This document shows positions 57,264-64,000 of a DNA stretch of 64,000 nucleotides, one piece after another. Below the pieces are notes generated by a model, which worked only from the letters and a program-made list of their open reading frames with translations, was not told where the DNA came from and searched no databases. Made by a program: the position numbers and the translations under genes. Positions within the stretch are counted from its first letter, which is position 1. The number at the start of each line of letters is the position of its first letter. Source of the DNA: an uncultured Desulfospira sp. (GTDB lineage: Bacteria > Desulfobacterota > Desulfobacteria > Desulfobacterales > Desulfobacteraceae); contig OY760175.1 in the NCBI GenBank assembly GCA_963663165.1, positions 4,832,001 through 4,896,000 of the forward strand, given 5' to 3'.

Positions 57264-58778
57264 ATGACCCCAATTCCATTCATATGGCTGATGCTTCTTC
57301 TGACAGCGATTCCCCAGGCATGGGCAGGCCCGGAGACCCGGCCGCCGGCGGTTTCCGGCAGCTTTTATCCGGCAGATCCGGGCAAACTCAAGGCTGTGAT
57401 TGCCAATTATACGGACCGGGCCGACCTTTCGGGTGTCCACCTGCCGGAAAATGCGACCCTCAAGGCCCTAGTCATGCCCCATGCCGGTTATGTCTACTCG
57501 GGGCCTGTGGCGGCCCATGTCCATTTTTTGCTCAAGCCCCATGCCTTTTCCAAGGTTATCGTGATGGGGCCGGACCACCGGGTGGGGTTTTCAGGGTGTG
57601 CCGTATCCGATGCCAAAAATTGGCTGACCCCTTTGGGAAGCGTCCCTGTCCATCCGGATGCGGCCGCGCTGATCAAAGCGTCCTTGATATTCAGTCCGGT
57701 TGCCGAATCTGACCGGCTTGAACATGGTATTGAAGTGATCCTTCCCTTTCTTCAGACCTATGTGAAAGATTTCTCCCTGGTGCCCGTTGTCACCGGTTCC
57801 TGTGACTTTAAACCGGTTGCCCAATACCTGGCCGGCCTGATTGATCCGTCTACCCTGGTGGTGGTCAGTACGGACTTGTCCCATTACCTTCCTTATAACC
57901 GGGCCATTCATAAAGACCAGGAAACCATCTGGATGATCCTGAACCTGGATCAGGAACGGCTGGCAAAATCGTCCAATGCGGCCTGCGGAAAAATCCCCTT
58001 GCTCATTCTCATGGAAATTGCAAAAATGAAGCAGTGGACCCCCTACCTGCTCCACTATTCAAATTCCGGGGACACGGAAGGGGACAAACAGCGGGTGGTG
58101 GGATATACGGCCATGGCTTTTTTTCAGGAACCGGAAAGCGGCACAGGCCTTAACCCCGGCAACCTGCCCCCGGAAACCAACGGGAACGAAACCGTGAAAC
58201 ATGAATTTTCAGAAGATCAGGGAAAACTGCTGGTAGAACTGGCCCGGAAGACCATTGCCGGAAAACTGGGAAAGCCGCCGTCCCAAGAGGCCGCGTCATC
58301 CCTGGAACAGGCCCTTGACCAGGCCGTGTTCAAGCAGGACCTGGCAAGCTTTGTCACCCTTCATATCAATGGCCGGCTCAGGGGATGCATCGGCACCCTT
58401 GAGGCCAGTGAGCCCCTGGTGGACAATGTCCGGAACAACGCCCTGAACGCCGCGTTCAGCGATCCCCGGTTTTCCAAATTAAGCCGGGCCGAGCTGGACC
58501 TGATTGATATTGAAGTCAGCATCCTGACCCCGCCGGAAAAGCTGGCCTATTCAGATGCCCAGGACCTTTTATCCAAGCTTGAGCCCGGGGTCCACGGCGT
58601 GATCTTAAAAAAGAACTGGGCCCGGGCCACCTTTTTGCCCCAGGTCTGGGACCAGCTTCCCGACAAAAAAGATTTTTTGTCCCACCTTTGCCAGAAAGCC
58701 GGCCTGTCGGCCAATGAATGGAAAAAAGGCGATCTTGAAGTATTCACCTACCGGGTCCAATATTTTGAAGAAGAATAG
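57264..58778 (+). CDS. AmmeMemoRadiSam protein B (Memo) fused to protein A (AMMECR1)
   Basis: RPPAVSGSFYP, PHAGYVYSG, GPDH, EHGIEV, STDLSHY, NSGD..VVGY; FVTL..LRGCIG, DPRF, ATFLPQVW, KAG. Confidence 0.92.
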   Translation: MTPIPFIWLMLLLTAIPQAWAGPETRPPAVSGSFYPADPGKLKAVIANYTDRADLSGVHLPENATLKALVMPHAGYVYSGPVAAHVHFLLKPHAFSKVIVMGPDHRVGFSGCAVSDAKNWLTPLGSVPVHPDAAALIKASLIFSPVAESDRLEHGIEVILPFLQTYVKDFSLVPVVTGSCDFKPVAQYLAGLIDPSTLVVVSTDLSHYLPYNRAIHKDQETIWMILNLDQERLAKSSNAACGKIPLLILMEIAKMKQWTPYLLHYSNSGDTEGDKQRVVGYTAMAFFQEPESGTGLNPGNLPPETNGNETVKHEFSEDQGKLLVELARKTIAGKLGKPPSQEAASSLEQALDQAVFKQDLASFVTLHINGRLRGCIGTLEASEPLVDNVRNNALNAAFSDPRFSKLSRAELDLIDIEVSILTPPEKLAYSDAQDLLSKLEPGVHGVILKKNWARATFLPQVWDQLPDKKDFLSHLCQKAGLSANEWKKGDLEVFTYRVQYFEEE

Positions 58779-58809
58779 CCGATGAAAATGTTGGATTAAA
58801 GGCGGTTTC

Positions 58810-60966
58810 ATGAACCCTTTTCATCCTTCATCCTTCACCCCGCATCCTTCCGGACATCCTTCCAAAACGCTTATCTTCGGCCTCATCATCACCACGGGCA
58901 TTGCCTCGGTGACCAATCAGCTGGTCATGATCCGGGAATTTTTGTCCTTGTTCGGCGGCAATGAAATTATCATCTCCATGGTATTGTTTAACTGGCTGCT
59001 CCTGGGCGGCCTGGGCACCCTGGCCGAAAGGTGGTATGAAAAGCCCTGTTTCAATTTGCCGCCCCCAACGCTTCCGGTCATTGCACGGTTCTGTCTGGTC
59101 CTCTGTGCCTTAGGGCCTGCCCAGGTCATTGGGGCCAGAATGTTAAACCATTTCTGGTTCCTTGAAGGCACATCCCGGGGGTTTTACGCGATTTTCGGTT
59201 TTACCGTCCTGGTTTCCGCGCCCTATTGCCTGCTGGTGGGATTTTTACTTCCCTTCAGTCTTTCCGGGGCAAAGCTTGCGGCCCCCAAGGTTTCATCCAC
59301 TGAAATTTACATGGCCGACAATGCCGGTGATACCCTGGGCGGGGTCTTGTTTTCCTTTGTGTTTATCTGGTTTCTCTCCCCTGTCCAGGCCGCTGCCGCC
59401 GCCGGTCTGCCGCTGTTTGCCCTGTCGGTAAAGGGATTGACCGCTGGTCCGAAAGGGCGCGTGGCTTTATGGATTTTGCCGGTATGCCTTGTGGCCTTTA
59501 TTTCCCTGGGGCTGGAAAGGCCAAGCCTTGGGTTTCACAACGGTTCCCTTGCCGTTTATCGGGAAACCCCCTACGGCCGGGTGGAAGTCCGGGATCAGGC
59601 CGGCCGGTCCGTGTTTATCCTCAACAGCATTCCCCTTTTTGACAGCCAGGATACGGCAACGGCGGAAAAACGGGTCCACTGTGTCCTCTCCCAGCTGGAA
59701 CAGGTCCATCACGTTCTCCTGGTCTCTGCGTCCCCCGGCTGTATCCGGGAAATCCAAAAATACCACCCTGACCGGATCGACTATCTGGAAATAGACCCCG
59801 AGGTGTCCGGGGCCATGGTGGCTTGCGGCTTCATTGCCCGTCCCCCCAGCCTTAATGTGATCCACCAGGATGCCCGGGCATATTTAAGCAGGACAAGGAC
59901 CCGTTACGACGCGGTTATCCTTAACCTGCCCGGACCGGACACCTTTCAGGCCAACCGGTTATACACCAGGCAATTCTTTGCCCTGGTCAGGTCAAGGCTT
60001 ACGGACCGGGGCACGGCCTGTTTTTTTGTCCCGGGGTACGATAACTACCCGTCCCCCGGGCTTTTAAAACAGCTGTCCTGCCTTTATGCCGCCGCGTGTC
60101 AGGCCTTTGATCATGTCCTGGTCCTGCCGGGGCTTGAAACCTATTTTATCCTGGGCAACACCCGGCTTACCAGCGATATCCCCAAACGGCTCAAGGCAAA
60201 GGATATCCGGACATCATACCTGGAAGACCATTTTTACGGGGATTTTTCCCCCATGAGACTTCAAACCCTCATGGCGGCCCTTGATCCTTTGGCCCCGGCC
60301 AATGCCGATTTCTCCCCGGGCCTTTTGCCCGCCTCCTTTGAACACTGGTTTGAAACCTTCGGGCTTTCCCCCACCCTGTTTTTCGGGGTCACCGCCCTTG
60401 TTTTTCTGGTGTATTTTTTTTTGATTACCCCAACGGAAACCCTGCTGTTCACCACGGGCCTGACCGCCATGGGGGTGCAGTTGATGGTCTTGTTTGCCTT
60501 TCAGATTCTGTTTGGCTGCCTTTACCTGAAGACCGGCATCCTTCTCACCCTTTTCCTGGCCGGGCTGATGCCCGGGGCATGGGCCGGCAGGCGGTTTTTA
60601 AAGGGAAGTGCCCGGGGACGTGCATTAACGGTAGACCTGGCCATTCTCATATGGATTGCGGTATTTACGGGGCTGTTGTATTACGGCTATTATACGGGCC
60701 GGCCCCCCGGGGTGCTGTCCTTTTACGGGGCCTCGTTCTTAACCGCCTTTCTCATGGGCCTGGAATTTTCTTTTTGCGTTCCGGGAAAAGGGGATACGGC
60801 ATCCATGGCTGCCGGCCTGTTTGCCGCCGACCTGATGGGCGGGGCTGCCGGCATCATTCTTTTCAGTCTGGTCCTGCTGCCCTTTTGCGGGATGTTTCAA
60901 GCCGGGCTCATTCTGGTGTTGATCAAAGCCCTGGGCCTTGCCAGGTGTCTGGTATGGAAAAGATAA
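58810..60966 (+). CDS. Membrane-bound spermidine-synthase-like (SAM-binding) protein; start uncertain
   Basis: Q..IREFL..F.GNE, Y.AD..G...GG, ETPYG, YLEIDP, DARAY, ANRLYT..F, AADLMG. Confidence 0.8.
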   Translation: MNPFHPSSFTPHPSGHPSKTLIFGLIITTGIASVTNQLVMIREFLSLFGGNEIIISMVLFNWLLLGGLGTLAERWYEKPCFNLPPPTLPVIARFCLVLCALGPAQVIGARMLNHFWFLEGTSRGFYAIFGFTVLVSAPYCLLVGFLLPFSLSGAKLAAPKVSSTEIYMADNAGDTLGGVLFSFVFIWFLSPVQAAAAAGLPLFALSVKGLTAGPKGRVALWILPVCLVAFISLGLERPSLGFHNGSLAVYRETPYGRVEVRDQAGRSVFILNSIPLFDSQDTATAEKRVHCVLSQLEQVHHVLLVSASPGCIREIQKYHPDRIDYLEIDPEVSGAMVACGFIARPPSLNVIHQDARAYLSRTRTRYDAVILNLPGPDTFQANRLYTRQFFALVRSRLTDRGTACFFVPGYDNYPSPGLLKQLSCLYAAACQAFDHVLVLPGLETYFILGNTRLTSDIPKRLKAKDIRTSYLEDHFYGDFSPMRLQTLMAALDPLAPANADFSPGLLPASFEHWFETFGLSPTLFFGVTALVFLVYFFLITPTETLLFTTGLTAMGVQLMVLFAFQILFGCLYLKTGILLTLFLAGLMPGAWAGRRFLKGSARGRALTVDLAILIWIAVFTGLLYYGYYTGRPPGVLSFYGASFLTAFLMGLEFSFCVPGKGDTASMAAGLFAADLMGGAAGIILFSLVLLPFCGMFQAGLILVLIKALGLARCLVWKR

Positions 60967-61131
60967 AACCAGCCGTCTCGTTCATCAGATTTAAACGATT
61001 CTAAGCCGACTTTAAAAAATTTTCCACTGTGTAAAAACAAATGACACACCGGTGTGGGGATTTGAGGCGGTCAAATATGTTTTTTGTTTTATTACAATAA
61101 GTTATAAATTGATTTAAATCCTGACATTCCC

Positions 61132-61147
61132 TGGTACGGTCATTGCC
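61132..61147 (+). promoter_or_regulatory. Sigma54 promoter of the hydrogenase operon
   Basis: TGGTACGGTCATTGC (GG-N10-GC) after an AT-rich tract. Confidence 0.65.
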
Positions 61148-61282
61148 TAAGCAGCTAGTATAAACTGCCCGGCATGGGGGGTTTACCCCCCGCCGGGTTG
61201 TTTTAGTTGATAAAGTTGCACATTCTGGAATTAAATATTCCCGGGGCCCGTGCGGTCCCGGGCAGACCACTAGGAGGAAACA

Positions 61283-63283
61283 ATGGCAAAAGTCATTTTC
61301 GGGGTCTGGGACAATCTGGTCGTCGATAACCGGAGCAAGAAAATTTTTGAGATCGACGAACACGCTGAGTTCAAGGATTTTGACGAATTCAATCCGGGCA
61401 ATCCCATCAAGGCCTTTCTGGGGCCCCATGGTTTTTTTATTTTTGAGCCTGGGGTCAATCTTCTGGACGCTGTCCGCCAGTACATGGAGCGGGTGGCCAA
61501 AGAATCCTGCGGTAAATGTACGCCCTGCCGGGTGGGGACCCAGATCATCCGGTCCAAGCTTGAGGACCTGGCCTTGGGCCGGGGCACCAATGAACTGCTC
61601 AACGAAATCGAGTCCGTGGCCGTCCATGTCCGGACCACTTCCATGTGCGGGTTGGGCCGCACCGCCACCGTGGCGCTGGAGGAGATGATCCGGTACTTCA
61701 GGGAAGAGCTGACCCCGTCAGGCTCAGGCCGCCGGACCCCGGAAAAACAACCCGGCGTCACCTATGTCACGGCACCCTGTATCGAGGCCTGCCCGTCCCG
61801 GGTGGATGTGCCCCGGTACATTGATTATGTCAAAGACGGCAAGTTCACCCACTCTTTGGGCATTATCCTGCAAAAATATCCCATGGCCGCCACCTGCGGC
61901 CGGGTCTGTGTGAGGTTCTGCGAAATGGCCTGCCAGCGGACCCAGGTGGATGAGGCCGTGGGGATCAAGGTTCTCAAACGGTTTGTGGCCGACCATGAAC
62001 AGGAGATGAGCACCGAGTGGTTCTCCTCGCACACCGTCCCAAAGAAAAAGGACCCCGACCTTAAGGTGGCCGTGATCGGAACGGGTCCTGCCGGGATCTC
62101 CGCCGCCTATCACCTGCTGCTCAAGGGATACCCGGTGGATGTCTATGAGGCCAAGTCCGTTCCCGGCGGTATGGCGGCTACGGGCATTCCCGAGTACCGG
62201 CTGCCCAAGGCGGTCTTAAGCAAAGAAATCGGCATTATCCAGGCCCTGGGGGGAAATCTGTATTACAACAAAAAGATGGGCAAGGACTTTACCCTGTCCC
62301 AACTGCTGGGCCGGGGATACAAGGCGGTATTCCTCGGGGTGGGGGCCCATAAGGGCCGTGTCATGAAGGCCATGGGAGAGGACCCCTCCCTTGACGGCTA
62401 CAGCTTTGGCGTGGATTTCCTCTTGCGCATCAACCATGAGTACATTGATAAAGGGATTCCCATGACCCTGGGCGAGAAAATGGTGGTGGTGGGCGGTGGC
62501 AATGTGGCCATGGACTGTGTGAGGTCGGCCCTGCGCATGGGGGTCAAAGAGGTCCATCTGGTGTACCGCCGAAGCCGTGAGGAAATGCCGGCAGATCCCG
62601 ACGAAATTGAAGCCGCTGAAAAAGAAGGGGTGATTTTTCACATGCTGGTCAATCCCGTGCGGGTCATTGCTGAAAAAGGCAAGATCAAGGCCGTGGAACT
62701 GGTGGAAATGGCCCTGGGCGAACCGGACAGTTCCGGCCGCCGGAGCGCCACCCCCATTGAGGGGTCCCAGTTTATCCTGGAAACCGACCACCTGATTCCG
62801 GCCATCGGCCAGGAGGTGGAGCCAGGCTTTGTGTCTCCTGAAGCAGACCAGGTGGCCTTTAATTCCTGGGGCACCATCCAGGTGGATCCCAACTCGCTGA
62901 TGACCACCCGCAAAGGGGTGTTTGCCGGCGGGGACTGTGTGACGGGGCCGGCCACCCTGGTCCAGGCCATGGCCCAGGGTGAAAAGGCGGCCAGGGCCAT
63001 GGACGATTACCTCACCTGCGGCCGGGTCCGGTTTTTTCCGGCTGACCGGATGAGTGAACTGGTGGCATCGGTGCAGCCCATGATCGCCTCGGGCGTTAGG
63101 ATCCCGGTCCGCCATGAATACCGGGTCAAGATTCCCGAACTCAATCCCGAAGTCCGCAAAAAAATCTTTGAGGAGGTGGAAAAACCCATTTCCGTGGATG
63201 AGGCGTACCATGAGGCCCACCGGTGCATGCGGTGTTACCGGGTCTATTCAGTCATCACAGAGCAAGAAGGAGGCAGACCATGA
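61283..63283 (+). CDS. GltD-like FAD/NAD(P) oxidoreductase with NuoF-type 4Fe-4S N-terminal domain
   Basis: ESCGKCTPCRVG..SMCGLG, PCIEACP, CGRVC, IGTGPAG, GGGNVAMD, FAGGD, RCMRC. Confidence 0.9.
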   Translation: MAKVIFGVWDNLVVDNRSKKIFEIDEHAEFKDFDEFNPGNPIKAFLGPHGFFIFEPGVNLLDAVRQYMERVAKESCGKCTPCRVGTQIIRSKLEDLALGRGTNELLNEIESVAVHVRTTSMCGLGRTATVALEEMIRYFREELTPSGSGRRTPEKQPGVTYVTAPCIEACPSRVDVPRYIDYVKDGKFTHSLGIILQKYPMAATCGRVCVRFCEMACQRTQVDEAVGIKVLKRFVADHEQEMSTEWFSSHTVPKKKDPDLKVAVIGTGPAGISAAYHLLLKGYPVDVYEAKSVPGGMAATGIPEYRLPKAVLSKEIGIIQALGGNLYYNKKMGKDFTLSQLLGRGYKAVFLGVGAHKGRVMKAMGEDPSLDGYSFGVDFLLRINHEYIDKGIPMTLGEKMVVVGGGNVAMDCVRSALRMGVKEVHLVYRRSREEMPADPDEIEAAEKEGVIFHMLVNPVRVIAEKGKIKAVELVEMALGEPDSSGRRSATPIEGSQFILETDHLIPAIGQEVEPGFVSPEADQVAFNSWGTIQVDPNSLMTTRKGVFAGGDCVTGPATLVQAMAQGEKAARAMDDYLTCGRVRFFPADRMSELVASVQPMIASGVRIPVRHEYRVKIPELNPEVRKKIFEEVEKPISVDEAYHEAHRCMRCYRVYSVITEQEGGRP

Positions 63284-64000
63284 TCGGATACATCAACGGC
63301 AAAGAGGTGTCCTTTGAACCCGATGAGACCATTCTCACCGTGGCCAGACGAAATGGCCATTTTATCCCCACCCTGTGCGAAATGGCAGACCTTAACCATA
63401 CGCCGGGCACCTGCCGGGTCTGTCTGGTGGAGATGCGCCTGGCAAATCAGACCGGCTATCAGGTGGTGACCTCCTGTACCACCCCCATGGCTGAAAATAT
63501 CGACGTTCTGACCCGGACGCCCCGGGTGCGCCAGATGCAGCGCCTGCAGGTGGAACTGCTTTTGGCCGACCACAACCAGGACTGCGCCTCCTGTATCCGC
63601 CACGGCAATTGCGAATTGCAGGACGTGGCCCAGTTTGTGGGCTTGCAGCAGACCCGGTATCACTACCCCCATTTTTACGAGCAGCGGACCCGGGACTTTT
63701 CCTCACAGGCCGTGGTCCGGGACATGAGCAAGTGTATCCGCTGTTTCCGCTGTGTGAGCGTATGCCGGGAGATCCAGGGAGTGGATGCCCTGGTGATCAC
63801 GGAAAAGGGACTGGAAACCGAAATCAGCGTAAGAGACGGGCTTCCTCTGGGCAGTTCCGCCTGCGTCGGATGCGGACAGTGCATCCTGGTCTGCCCGGTA
63901 GGGGCACTGGCGGAAAAGAACGACATTGAAACCGTACAGGACTTTCTTTACGATCCGTCCGTCATTACCGTGTTCCAGTTTGCTCCGGCCGTGCGCACGG
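63280..64000 (+). CDS. hydA: [FeFe]-hydrogenase group A catalytic subunit, N-terminal part (runs off the window; not in the ORF track)
   Basis: ATG 63280 overlaps the upstream stop; IPTLC..GTCRVC..TSC, HNQDCASC..GNC, CIRCFRCVSVC, CVGCGQCILVCP, then VFQFAPAVRT at the start of the H-domain. Confidence 0.8.
   Translation, partial: MIGYINGKEVSFEPDETILTVARRNGHFIPTLCEMADLNHTPGTCRVCLVEMRLANQTGYQVVTSCTTPMAENIDVLTRTPRVRQMQRLQVELLLADHNQDCASCIRHGNCELQDVAQFVGLQQTRYHYPHFYEQRTRDFSSQAVVRDMSKCIRCFRCVSVCREIQGVDALVITEKGLETEISVRDGLPLGSSACVGCGQCILVCPVGALAEKNDIETVQDFLYDPSVITVFQFAPAVRT

Larger units (their letters stand above)
56213..57278. mobile_element. RAYT-like element 2 with perfect inverted ends and an outward duplication
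   Basis: GGGGTCAAACCTTGATTATAGC (56214-56235) is the reverse complement of 57236-57257; TGACCCCAATTCCA x2 at 57251-57278. Confidence 0.85.

Overview
A 64-kb chromosomal window from an anaerobic deltaproteobacterium. Gene content suggests a Desulfobacteraceae-like organism (inference). Core and energy genes: hrpA 3' part; a sigma54-driven cytoplasmic molybdopterin oxidoreductase/Fe-S/flavoprotein/TauE cluster with its two-component system; a selenium cluster (yedE-tusA-DUF3343-kinase-like) divergent from a selenocysteine-containing selD; hisA; ccdA; MFS and TAXI transporters; an RlmL-like methyltransferase; lactate dehydrogenase LutC/LdhH; proline dehydrogenase; an AmmeMemoRadiSam B-A fusion; and the start of a GltD-like/[FeFe]-hydrogenase operon. 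Accessory secreted proteins carry PEP-CTERM or dockerin-like tails. The most unusual signal is two divergent RAYT-like HUH (Y1) transposase genes with a C-terminal HTH. Each is bracketed by its own perfect inverted repeat ending in GGGGTCA/TGACCCC, and each uses the TGA of that repeat as its stop codon. Several ends are followed outward by stuttered tandem copies of end plus flank, including a five-unit, progressively shortening array at 2890-3006. Gene-less GGGG...CCCC mini-elements also sit at gene junctions, two of them next to accessory genes. Other non-coding elements are two copies of a 152-bp MITE with 8-bp target duplications, two GTAG-type REP doublets with compensatory changes, and several inverted arrays of 7-10-nt tandem repeats. 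No rRNA, tRNA or CRISPR array was seen. All protein calls are from motif recognition by eye; no searches were run.
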